64,000 nucleotides of DNA, taken from NCBI GenBank assembly GCA_903840165.1, contig CAIMEY010000002.1, forward strand, positions 56,949-120,948. The letters are read 5' to 3'. Made by a program: the position numbers and the translations under genes. Positions 31,434 through 41,500 of this stretch are shown here, one piece after another. Under the pieces are notes generated by a model that searched no databases, was not told the origin of the DNA, and saw nothing but the letters and a program-made list of their open reading frames with translations. Source of the stretch: an uncultured Myxococcales bacterium. Its GTDB lineage: Bacteria; Myxococcota_A; UBA9042. The stretch's first letter is position 1, and every line of letters starts with the position of its first letter.

Positions 31434-31759
31434 GCCGGACTGGCCTGAGCCGTGACGAGGCGGGGAAGTCTTAGCCAATGCCCGCAGTGAACGGTCTGGC
31501 CAACGTGCGCGAATCAGCGTTGCAATTCTTGCGCTGAGCCGACGTCCACAAAGCCCCTCCAAGTCCTCAAAATACCCTTCTAACTCCCTGAATTTGCGCC
31601 GCTTGTTGCCGAAGTGACGGCTATGCGTCGCCGCTGGCGATCGCGCACCCGTCTTGACGCCAAGGCACTGGGCGTCGTACAAGCAATGCGGCGGGGCAAT
31701 ACATCCACAGGCAAAGGCAACCGGATTGCGCGGTTCGCCTGCCAAGGGAGCCCGTCTCC

Positions 31760-33073
31760 ATGCGTGCTATCGTAACCGGTCCGGCCCATCACATTGGCGG
31801 GACTGTGCAAGTGCCGGGTGACAAGTCCGTGTCGCACCGGGCATTGATTCTGGCGGCGTTGGCCCAAGGCGAGTCGACGGTGCGCGGCCTAGCGCCAGGG
31901 GCGGATGTGCGAAGTACCGCGCATTGTCTGCGTCAACTCGGCGTACATATTCAGATTACTGGCGATGTGGCGGTGGTGCGGGGCGTGGGGCTGCAGGGTT
32001 TGCAGACGCCGACCGACGCGCTCGATTGTGGCAACTCCGGCTCCACACTGCGGATGCTGATGGGCGTACTGGCGGGGGCTGGGGTGACCGCGACGCTGGT
32101 AGGCGATGCCTCGCTGACTGCCCGGCCCATGGAACGCGTGGCGCGGCCTCTGCGGGCCATGGGGGCCACGGTGACTACGACGGACGGGCACGCACCGGTG
32201 ACTGTGCAAGGGCGGGCGCGAACGCCGATTTGCTGGCAGAGCGAGCCGCCCAGCGCGCAGGTCAAGACGGCGCTGCTCCTAGCCGGGCTGTTCTTGCCGG
32301 GGCAAACCTGGGTGCAGGAAGCGTTTTTGACGCGCGACCATACCGAACGAATGCTGCCGACCTTTGGCGTTGCCATGCTTCACGCGCCCGGCCGCGTGGG
32401 GGTGCAGGGACCGGCCAAGCTGCTGGCGACCGAAGTCCTTGTGCCGGGGGATTTTTCGAGTGCGGCATTTCTCTTGGCATTAGGCGCAATTTGCCCGGGG
32501 CCGCCTCTGACGATACAGGGCGTTGGCCTCAATGAATCGCGGACGGGATTTCTCGATGCACTCGCGCAACTAGATGTTGTCGTTGATATAATTCCCGATC
32601 TCCGTTCCCAAGGCGAGCCCATGGGGGCCCTGCGCGTGACACGACCGGACCGGCTCACAGGCGCTGCATTTTCGGTGGATGTCATCGGCCGTGCTGTGGA
32701 TGAAGTCCCCGTATTGAGTGCGCTTTGTGGCCAGGCCCTAGGGCAAAGCACCGTGCGCGGGGCGGCCGAGTTGCGCGTCAAAGAGTCGGACCGCCTAGCG
32801 CAGATGGCGCTGGGCCTTGAGGCCATGGGCGCGACGGTGGTGCAATGGCCGGACGGGCTCGACATTGGCGTTGTTGGTCAGACCCTTGAACTGCATGGTG
32901 CTACAGTGGATTCGGCCCATGACCATCGAATCGCCATGGCCTTTGCCATCGCGGGTCTTGCCGCTCACGGACAGACGGTCATTGAAGATGCGCAATGGGC
33001 AGACATTAGCTTTCCCGGATTTTGGCGTCTTTTGAATACGTTGACCGATGGTGCGGTGCGCCTTGACGTCTGA
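31760..33073 (+). CDS. aroA: 3-phosphoshikimate 1-carboxyvinyltransferase (EPSP synthase)
   Basis: PGDKSVSHRA, DCGNSGST, RPM-RV, SAQVK, RDHTERML, ELRVKESDR, DHRIAMAF. Confidence 0.97.
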   Translation: MRAIVTGPAHHIGGTVQVPGDKSVSHRALILAALAQGESTVRGLAPGADVRSTAHCLRQLGVHIQITGDVAVVRGVGLQGLQTPTDALDCGNSGSTLRMLMGVLAGAGVTATLVGDASLTARPMERVARPLRAMGATVTTTDGHAPVTVQGRARTPICWQSEPPSAQVKTALLLAGLFLPGQTWVQEAFLTRDHTERMLPTFGVAMLHAPGRVGVQGPAKLLATEVLVPGDFSSAAFLLALGAICPGPPLTIQGVGLNESRTGFLDALAQLDVVVDIIPDLRSQGEPMGALRVTRPDRLTGAAFSVDVIGRAVDEVPVLSALCGQALGQSTVRGAAELRVKESDRLAQMALGLEAMGATVVQWPDGLDIGVVGQTLELHGATVDSAHDHRIAMAFAIAGLAAHGQTVIEDAQWADISFPGFWRLLNTLTDGAVRLDV

Positions 33074-33087
33074 CCGAGGCTCGGGCC

Positions 33088-33147
33088 GGGGAGTATTCCG
33101 CCCCAGTGCGGTGGGGAAATTTCCGCACCTGGGGCGAAATTGTCCGC
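33088..33147. promoter_or_regulatory. three imperfect repeats, candidate enhancer-binding-protein sites (UAS)
   Basis: GGGGAGTATTCCGC (33088), GGGGAAATTTCCGC (33113), GGGGCGAAATTGTCCGC (33131), 65-125 bp upstream of the sigma54 -24 box; part of the stretch also forms an inverted repeat. Confidence 0.5.
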
Positions 33148-33212
33148 GCCACAGCCCTTGCGTCTGTTCAAAATCGGTTCATTTCTAAGCCATTGGCGAA
33201 TGGTCAGCGACA

Positions 33213-33228
33213 TGGCACGGACCTTGCT
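33213..33228 (+). promoter_or_regulatory. sigma54 (-24/-12) promoter
   Basis: TGGCAC-GGACC-TTGCT, exact match to TGGCAC-N5-TTGCW, intergenic, about 150 bp upstream of ATG 33378. Confidence 0.75.
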
Positions 33229-33377
33229 ACTTGGTACCGTACTGATGGCGATGGCGACGCCGATTCAGCAAAGCCGAATAGCTTGCATTTTCTGCAAGTT
33301 GTCGGTGACCAGTCCAAAAAATCTGCGTTTCAGCATAGGAGGTGCTGACGCGCGCTGTGATCTGGACTTGGTGAGTC

Positions 33378-34514
33378 ATGTCGCATACCTCCGCTACAAC
33401 GCCCTTCAGTATTCTGCCCCCGTCACTGCTAGCGGGCGTGTCCGGCGTGACCATCGCGCGAGTGCCCAAGTCCGTCGGCGAAGAGTGGGTGTGGACCGTG
33501 CAGTTCGCGCCTGACCGCGATCCGCTGCAAGAGTGTCGGCAAATCGCGGCCTTTCTTCGCGAGCAGCATGTTGAAGTCCTGGCCCAAGAGATCTTTGGTT
33601 TGCCGGCGTCAGCGCAAGAATCCGTGCAATCCGCCTTTGGTCCAATCACTTGGCCCCTGCAATGGGTCCATGCGATTGCTGAACCCGCGCCGCTTGCGGG
33701 CATGTTGCTGTGGACTATTGCCGGCGTTTCCATTGAACATATTGAATATAAAGGTAAAGTTGTTGGAAGTCTCTTTGTCGATGGCGATATCCGTTGCCTG
33801 CGTGTTGCTGGCCTGCAGCCCGACACGGCTACGGGGACTCGCGGACAGCAGACCCGTGAAGTGCTTGAAGCGATGGAGAAAGTGCTCGAGAAGTGTGGTA
33901 TGACCTTTGCCCACGTGATTAGGACGTGGTTCTACAACGAAGACATTCTTGCCTGGTACGACGAGTTCAATGCCGTTCGCAATCAGTTCTTTAGAGAGCG
34001 CGGCGTGTTTGACGGCCTGGTGCCGGCGAGCACCGGAATTGGCGGCCCCAACCCGCGTGGTCTGGCGCTGACGACGGGACTGTGGGCGTATCAGCCGCTC
34101 CATGGGCACATCGAGGCCGCTGCCTTGCCTTCGCCTCTGCAATGTCCGGCCCTGGAGTATGGGAGTTCGTTTAGTCGTGGTGCAGAGTTGGCGTCGCCGA
34201 CGCTGAGGCGGATCCTGGTTTCGGGGACGGCGAGCATTGAGCCAGGCGGGCTCAGCGTGCATGTCGACGACGTGGATGCGCAGATTGAACTCACGATGGA
34301 TGTTGTGCTCGCGATCCTCGCGCAGCGCAAGGCGAAATGGGCTGACGTGACACGCGGCGTCGCTTACTTGCGTCACGCCAGCGACCTGCCGGCTTGGCGC
34401 CGGTGGCAGGACCGCAACTCCGCAAATTCGATGCCGATTGTCGTTTCGCACAACGTCGTCTGTCGCGACGACTTGCTGTTTGAAATCGAGCTAGACGCGC
34501 TGGTTCTGCCGTAA
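33378..34514 (+). CDS. tandem Rid/YjgF-fold protein, FkbO/Hyg5 chorismatase-like
   Basis: RTWFY, PASTGIG, SFSRG, VSGTASI, VCRDDLLFEIE motifs of multi-domain YjgF/chorismatase proteins. Confidence 0.75.
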   Translation: MSHTSATTPFSILPPSLLAGVSGVTIARVPKSVGEEWVWTVQFAPDRDPLQECRQIAAFLREQHVEVLAQEIFGLPASAQESVQSAFGPITWPLQWVHAIAEPAPLAGMLLWTIAGVSIEHIEYKGKVVGSLFVDGDIRCLRVAGLQPDTATGTRGQQTREVLEAMEKVLEKCGMTFAHVIRTWFYNEDILAWYDEFNAVRNQFFRERGVFDGLVPASTGIGGPNPRGLALTTGLWAYQPLHGHIEAAALPSPLQCPALEYGSSFSRGAELASPTLRRILVSGTASIEPGGLSVHVDDVDAQIELTMDVVLAILAQRKAKWADVTRGVAYLRHASDLPAWRRWQDRNSANSMPIVVSHNVVCRDDLLFEIELDALVLP

Positions 34515-34834
34515 AACGCTTTAAAAGCAAGCGGATGGTCCGGTTGCTGTTGAGGATCCGTGCCGAAAGTGGGGTGAAGCAGAACTGGAGACAACATTGC
34601 AGTGGCCTATCCGTCCCTCCGACCTCGGGTCCACGAGGGCTGGTCACCGCCTGTGGATTGCTATTCGTCTGCAACGATCGGTTCAAAGCCTCATCGTTTC
34701 AGGCGAATAGGAAGCACCAGAGGCCATCTAGTTTCATCGAGGCGCTGCCTTGATTGGTCTTCTATTGGCAAAAATTCGGAGACCTCGTGTCTCTACTTCG
34801 GGCGCCACTGTGGGGCCCTCCCGACGAGCGTGCG

Positions 34835-37800
34835 ATGCGATTCTCGCGCAACTTGCTTCCTTGGTTGACATTTCTTGTCGTCGCAACGGCGCTGGGTCTG
34901 TCGGCCTATGCCCACGTCTCGAGCCAAGAGTTCGCCGCGAGCCGTTCCTATCGGGCCTTTGCGCAGGACGTAGCGCCTATTCTTTCGGCTAGTTGCTCGG
35001 CGCGGGATGACAAGGGCAACTACGTTTGTCACGGACGACCCGCAGGGCGGATGGGCGAGGAGCTTGAAGAAGTCGGCGGAACGTCAGCTAAATTGCCGCA
35101 CATGGTGCCACCCACGGCCTCAGGTTGTGACCTGTGCCACGCCGGGACCGGCCAGATGCGCTTTACGTTTCCAGTGGCGGCTTCGGGCAAGATTGAGACA
35201 GATCGTCAACGATTACTGGCTTTTGACAAGGCGCGCACCGTCGCTGCCAAGCTCCTGAGGATGCCTCTGGGCGCTCAAGCCGGCGGCATGGGGCTCTACC
35301 ATCCCGGCGGGGAAATCTTTGAAACCTCAGCAGATCCGGACTACCAGAAGCTCGTGTCCTGGGTGGCCCTGGACAAGGCTCAGTCGGGTAAGGTCGCGCC
35401 GGTGCCGAGCAAGGCCGAACAGTTCTTCGGCAAAGAGGTCTTGCCGATTCTGGCCCGCCGAACTTGCCTGTCGCCAGCGTGCCATACGTTCAATCACTCG
35501 AGTTTCATTCCAGATCCTGGCACGCCCGGGCAGGACATGGGCGCTTCCCTGGCGTCGCGGTTTAATGCCGAACAGATCAGTTACAACCGAGCGACGGCCA
35601 AAGGACTCATCCAATCGCTGGTGTATCTTACGGGCGATGTCGAGCAGAGCCGATTTCTCAAGAAGATCATTCCGATTGAGGCAGGTGGTATCCTGCATCG
35701 CGGTGGCAATGACCAGTTCTTGCGCGGTCCGGAGGATCCGGACTACCAGACCATCAAGCAGTGGCTGACCCTGGAACGCGATGAAGCTGCTGCGAAATTG
35801 CGCATCGACAGCAAGCCCGTGCTGGCGAGTAACCTTGGCCGTTTGCAAGGGATCGTCTTTGTGCGAACGCCGGCCGAGAATACGCGAAAATACCTAGATG
35901 TAGGTGCCTATTTGCCCGGCGGCGACCTGTTCCTGCTCAAACTCAAGCCGGGCGAGACCCCAGAGACCGCGAGTAGTCAACCTGTTAATCTGACAGCACA
36001 ATTTCACATTGGTACTTTGGCCGATATCCGCGAGCCGGACGTGCGCTATGACGCTCGGGCGATTGTCTTTGCGATGCGCAAGGGGGAACAAGATCAGCTG
36101 AATCTCTATGAAATTCTCTTGGATGACAAGCTCGATGTGCGTCCGGAGACCTTTCGTCGGTTGACCTATGGGCCCGCCACGGTCAACGGCATGGCCGTGC
36201 ACTACACAGACCCGACCTATGTTGCTGATCCTACAGATGATGGTGCCGGTGAAGGTGGCGTAAACCTAGAACGTGTGGACTTGGTCTTCGCCGCAAACCT
36301 GTCCGGGCGGGTAGTGCCCAGCACAGAGCGCGAAATCATTGGCCAAGCCGATGACGGGGACGCCAGTCACTTGGTCGACTTCGATCGCTCCGAGCCCGAC
36401 AATTCGTTTGTCGGCCAGCGGATTTACGTCGTCTCCGGTACCAATGAAGGTCAATGGCGGACCATTACGGGATTTGTCAATCATCTGGCGATTCATAAAG
36501 CGGATTCGCCGCAAGCGCCTGCACCAGACTTTGGCGACAAGCAGGCTTCGGTGTTGACGGTGGATACGCCGTTCGAGAAAGCTGTTGATCATACGACAGT
36601 TTACGCGATTGAAAAGGCGGCGGCGAGTCTGCCTGGACTCTTGCCCGGCTATTCGGTCTACGGCATGAAGGTGGCGCCGCGCGGGCAGGAACAGACGTAT
36701 TACGACCAAACCCTGACGCGAATGACGTATAACCTCGGGCAAGAACTGGACTTAAGCGTTCGTTCGACCGGCGAGGTGTTCTTTGGCTCGCAGCGGTCGG
36801 CGGTCGACAAGTACGGCAGGCCGGTATTTCACATGGCAAGTTGCCGCCGCCACTTCGATACGCGGTTTAGCTTTCCGACCCATCAGGGCAATCGGTCGCA
36901 TGTGCCGATTTACGCAGATAACGTCGAACTGCCTACGGGGATTGACATTCACATCGGCATGGACGCCGACAACCTGTGGGAAGGTGGCAACCTCATCGTT
37001 AGCGACCATCAGTTCGGTCCGGACATGGAGGCCAAGAACCCAAATCTCTTTACTTCCGGGGTCTTTGATGAGCAGGGCGTGCCCAGGACGGTCGCGACCG
37101 ACATTTCCAACACGCGCTTTCAGTTTCAGGAAAAGGCCCCAGCGCATCCACGCTTTGTCTTTAAGACCATTGCACTTTTTCCGACGCGCGGCGGCGACGC
37201 CATCACTTGGACGGGCGTGTCTCCGGGTGGGCTGTACCGCGACCCGATGCCTTTGCCGGACGGGCGTTTGCTGGTGTCTTTCGCGCCGGGCCCGATCAAC
37301 CAATTCGACGCAAAAGCTAAGCCCGACTTTGACTTGTACGTGATGCGCGGGGCGCCGACGTTGCACCCGGTCGGCGGCAAGGGCGTGCCCAACATCGACA
37401 AGGTTCGCGTCGCGGCGGCCAGTGCGCCGGGCTATGCGGACGTTCAGGCCATGGGCGTGTACGTGCGGATGAAGCCCAAAGTCAATGCGGGCAAGCGTCC
37501 GAAATCAGAGCATATTATTCGCTACCCTGGGACGCCGCCGGACACCCGCCCAGCGACGTTTGTCGAAAAGAATTACCTGCTGATTGACGCAATCATGCGC
37601 GATCCCTCGCCCACGGGTAAGCGGGTGGCCTATGCCCAAGACCCTGTGACGGGTGAAACCCTTGGAAGTATGGACCAAATCGCGGCGGTGCGCTTTGTTG
37701 AGGCGCTGCCCTTGATGCCGGACGTGGCGGGCCCCTTGGACCTGCAGGCAATTGCCAATCATGACCCGCAAAGTACCTTGATATCCAATGGTATTTCGCC

Positions 37801-38581
37801 GATGAAACGCGTCGTCGGCGAGGCGCCGGTGTACAAGGACGGTTCGGTCTACTGCAAGGTGCCATCGTATACACCGATGTTAATTCAGAGTGTTAACGCT
37901 GATGGCATGGCCCTGCGGCAGGAGGCGCGCTACTACTTCTTTGCGCCCAATGAGCCCTTTGGCGTGTCGCCTGGGGCCAGCGAGACCTTCCGCACTTGCG
38001 GCGCGTGCATGGGTTCGGTCACTGGCAAGCCCGAGGATCTCTTTGGCCCGATGCTGCCTTACGCGGGCACGGTCGCGGGGGGCGTCGAAGCCATTGCCCG
38101 CAACAAAGCCGGACCACCGCCGCTAGGGCTTGCCGTTGAACAACGCAAGACCGTCGATTTTATCAAGGATATTCAACCTATACTCGAACAGCATTGCACC
38201 ACTTGCCACGCCGGAGCGACGGCCGCTGCGCACTTGGACCTCAGCGGCACGCCGACCCGCTACTACAACGTCGCCTACGAAAGCCTCATGCAGTTGCAAG
38301 ACCCGCAGAGCGGTTGGTACGGACGCAAGAAATTCATCAGTGAACGCGACGCTTTGGCCATCGAAAGCTACTTGACGGCCAAGCTGTGGGGCAAGCAGCT
38401 CAAGGCCAAGCTGCCGTTGCAGGGCGATGCGCCACATCCCAGTCCCGCGTTATTTCAAGCATTTGGCAAGACACCGGCCCCGTTGAGCGACGCTGAACGA
38501 CGCACCTTGGCGCTGTGGATTGACCTCGGCGCGGCGTTTCGCGGCTCCCCGCCCGTGGCAGCTGCTGGAGGCGGACGATGA
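34835..38581 (+). CDS. exported multiheme cytochrome c with hydrazine synthase alpha-subunit (HzsA)-like propeller and middle domain
   Basis: Signal peptide; GGDLF, DIREPDVRYDARAIVFAMR, LYRDPMPLPDGRLLVS, GEAPV-KDGS-x3-VP-x2-P-x3-Q-x4-GMA (HZS-alpha middle-like); heme motifs CX10CH, CDLCH, CX4CH, CGACM, CTTCH (in DF-KDIQPIL-x2-CTTCH). Confidence 0.75.
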   Translation: MRFSRNLLPWLTFLVVATALGLSAYAHVSSQEFAASRSYRAFAQDVAPILSASCSARDDKGNYVCHGRPAGRMGEELEEVGGTSAKLPHMVPPTASGCDLCHAGTGQMRFTFPVAASGKIETDRQRLLAFDKARTVAAKLLRMPLGAQAGGMGLYHPGGEIFETSADPDYQKLVSWVALDKAQSGKVAPVPSKAEQFFGKEVLPILARRTCLSPACHTFNHSSFIPDPGTPGQDMGASLASRFNAEQISYNRATAKGLIQSLVYLTGDVEQSRFLKKIIPIEAGGILHRGGNDQFLRGPEDPDYQTIKQWLTLERDEAAAKLRIDSKPVLASNLGRLQGIVFVRTPAENTRKYLDVGAYLPGGDLFLLKLKPGETPETASSQPVNLTAQFHIGTLADIREPDVRYDARAIVFAMRKGEQDQLNLYEILLDDKLDVRPETFRRLTYGPATVNGMAVHYTDPTYVADPTDDGAGEGGVNLERVDLVFAANLSGRVVPSTEREIIGQADDGDASHLVDFDRSEPDNSFVGQRIYVVSGTNEGQWRTITGFVNHLAIHKADSPQAPAPDFGDKQASVLTVDTPFEKAVDHTTVYAIEKAAASLPGLLPGYSVYGMKVAPRGQEQTYYDQTLTRMTYNLGQELDLSVRSTGEVFFGSQRSAVDKYGRPVFHMASCRRHFDTRFSFPTHQGNRSHVPIYADNVELPTGIDIHIGMDADNLWEGGNLIVSDHQFGPDMEAKNPNLFTSGVFDEQGVPRTVATDISNTRFQFQEKAPAHPRFVFKTIALFPTRGGDAITWTGVSPGGLYRDPMPLPDGRLLVSFAPGPINQFDAKAKPDFDLYVMRGAPTLHPVGGKGVPNIDKVRVAAASAPGYADVQAMGVYVRMKPKVNAGKRPKSEHIIRYPGTPPDTRPATFVEKNYLLIDAIMRDPSPTGKRVAYAQDPVTGETLGSMDQIAAVRFVEALPLMPDVAGPLDLQAIANHDPQSTLISNGISPMKRVVGEAPVYKDGSVYCKVPSYTPMLIQSVNADGMALRQEARYYFFAPNEPFGVSPGASETFRTCGACMGSVTGKPEDLFGPMLPYAGTVAGGVEAIARNKAGPPPLGLAVEQRKTVDFIKDIQPILEQHCTTCHAGATAAAHLDLSGTPTRYYNVAYESLMQLQDPQSGWYGRKKFISERDALAIESYLTAKLWGKQLKAKLPLQGDAPHPSPALFQAFGKTPAPLSDAERRTLALWIDLGAAFRGSPPVAAAGGGR

Positions 38582-41500
38582 GCAATTTCATCAAACTGAA
38601 CATGGTCTTAGCCTGTCTCATGATAGGCAGTGGCACGGGTGCCTGTGGGGGTGCCAAACCGGAGACCGTGGCCAAGTCAAGTGTCGGCTGGGCGGGAAAT
38701 CCTTCCAAGTACGGGATCTTGACCAGTTCGCGTTGGGCCTTCGGCGCGCCGTACCAGAGGCAGGACCTGACGCCGACGACCAATCCCAATCCCGACCCGG
38801 AGCCGCAACCGCACCGCGACCATCCCCTGGGCCTGGCGATGGCTCAGGACGGCAGCAAAGTCTATGTCAGTCTCAACGGCAGCGAGAATCATCCAGGCCA
38901 CGAAGTGGCGGTCTTTGATGTTGCATCTCGCAAGGTTGTGCGGAAGATCGGCGTCGGTAGCTATCCAGGCGACCTGGTGCTCCATCCAAATGGTAAGTTT
39001 CTCATTGTTCTGAACGGATTTTCCAATTACGCATCGATCATCGACACCAAGACCGATGCGGTTGTTGGCGAAATTCCCTTGGATTTCTACTGCGCCGACC
39101 TGGTCTTCAATGCCGCAGGTACGCAGGCCTTTGTCAGCAATCGCTACCTGAATCAAATTCTGGTCTTAGATGTCGATCCAGCCGGCCCGGCAGCCAAGGT
39201 GAGGCCGCTGGGTGGCTTTGCAGAAGCGCCTTTCCTGGAAGCGGGCAAGTCTTCGGCGAATTTGCACCATATTCTGCGGACTTCTTGCGGCGCTGCCAAC
39301 TGTCACCAGCGTGACCGCGGTGGCTTCTATGCGGGCGAAAATGCCCTGAAGACCTACTTTTCAGCCATGGAACACGCGCGGGCCGGCAAACCCGATGAAA
39401 GTACGCTGCTAACGGCTGTGATTGCCACGGCGGAAGGCGGCTATGCAGACAACCGTGCGGGCAGCAATTTTCACGCGGGCGGCAAGGTGGTGTGGAAACG
39501 GTCCGACCCTGCCTACCAAGCCGTGGCGCAATGGATCGCTCAAGCGCGGCCTGGGCCGGGCATTCCCGTGGAGAATTTCGAGTCAAAACCAGGACATATG
39601 GCGCTGAGCACCGATGGCAAGCGCCTGTACGTCGGCAATCAGGGGGCTCAGTCCATTTCCGTGGTCGACACGGAGAAACTGCAGGAACTGACAGCGATTT
39701 ACACCCAAAACATCATCACGGACCTCGTCATCCATAAGGCGAGCAATGGCCGGGAGTTGCTGCTTGCCACGTCGCTGGGCCTTGGTTTTGGCGCGCCCAA
39801 GGAAAGGGATCCTTACGGCGGCGAGTCCATGGATCCCACCAATACTGCAGCGCAATTTAGTGTTGAACGCGACCCGGCGACCACGGAACCGCTGCCCCAT
39901 GACCAGCAGCGGATCTTGGGCACCTTTGATGGCGTCGATGGCACCGCGGCCTTCAAGATGGGCGATATTCAGAATGATTTCATGGCGATTGATACCGCTC
40001 GTTTGCAAATTCCCCCCGTGCCGGCCACCGGGCCTTTGGACTACGCGCTGCAGGTGAATCGCTATCAGGCCCACGACGCCTGGGTGCGCTACACGTCGGA
40101 TTCGGCCGAGACCTTAGCTATGGATATTAAGGGCGATATTGCCCCAGAACTTCAGCGAGTGATCGGTGCCTTCCCGGAGGCGATTGCATTGCAAGGAGAC
40201 CAGGCTTTTGTTGCCATGTTAGGTAGTTATCAGCTCGTGCAATGGCAGATTCACGCCGATGCGACCGAGCCGTCGGACCTAATGGAGCCGGTGGCCGTCT
40301 TTGATACGGGCATCATGCCGCGGCGCGTCGTGGTCGGAACAGCGGCGACACCGGCACAAGGTCTTGTCTTTGTGTCGAATTACTTGGGCGAGACCTTGAC
40401 CATTGTCGACACAGCCAAAGCAACCTCGACTCAATACCCAGTGGGCGATTTGACCCGCCCATATCCAGATACCAACGCAGAACGCGGCGATATGTTTGTC
40501 AATACGACGATCTTTTCCGCGGACCAAGACACCGCGTGCATGTCCTGCCACATCTACGGCACCAGCGACGGCCGCGGCTGGGGTGCGGGGCAAGCCATCG
40601 CCCAATCGCAGCGCGGCGATTTTGTCAGCGGCGGCATGTTGGCGATTCCCCAACTGCGTAATCTGTTTGCGATTCAGCCCTTTTACTTTGAAGGGACCCA
40701 TACGGCCTTTGAAGCGCAGCTCGACGACGCGCGCGAACATATTGCCCTGCACGCATTTCTCAAGCCGAATCCTCAGGGTGATTTCACGGCGATTTTTGAC
40801 CCTCGCCCTGTGGCGGCCCGTCCGCCGGAACATGAGGAAGTGCAGGATAAGATGGCGATAGATGCCTACGGCGACCTGTACAAGGACCTTGAGGAAAGGC
40901 GCGACGAAGAGTTTCGCCTGCTCTCGATGAAGTACTTCGGAAAAGCTTTCGATTTTAGGGATGTACAGCGCTTCATCGGCGAGTATCAGGTCGTCGACTC
41001 GCGACTGATGCCCAACCCCTTTGACCAGAAGTCGGCCCAGGTGCAGCGCGGCAAGGTGCTGTTCAACGACCTCGGCGTCGCCTGCGTGACGTGCCATAAA
41101 CCACCTAATTTTACTGATAAAGATGAGGCATTGACCCACAACCGCAACCGCGCGCTGCCGGCCCTGACGACGTTCACCGAGCGCGAAAAGACGTTTACGC
41201 TGATTAGCCCGGCGTGGATGGATAAAGTCAATGGATTTATTCGGGATCTTGAGCCATGGGAGGAGGGCCGCTACGAACTCAAGCAGGGCTTCCTGACTAC
41301 CTTCCAGCTGCGCGGCCTGTTCGATCGACCGCCGGCTTTCCTGCATCACGGCAAGGCCTTATCCCTGCGCGAGACTTTTGCAGCGCCCAATCACTACGCC
41401 CTGCGGCCCTTCAAGTTCACTCCCTTGCGGGGCGGCGAGCAAGTGCGGCCAGACGGCAAGGAGCGCGGCTTCAATGAGCTGAGTTTCCTCAAGGAAAAGA

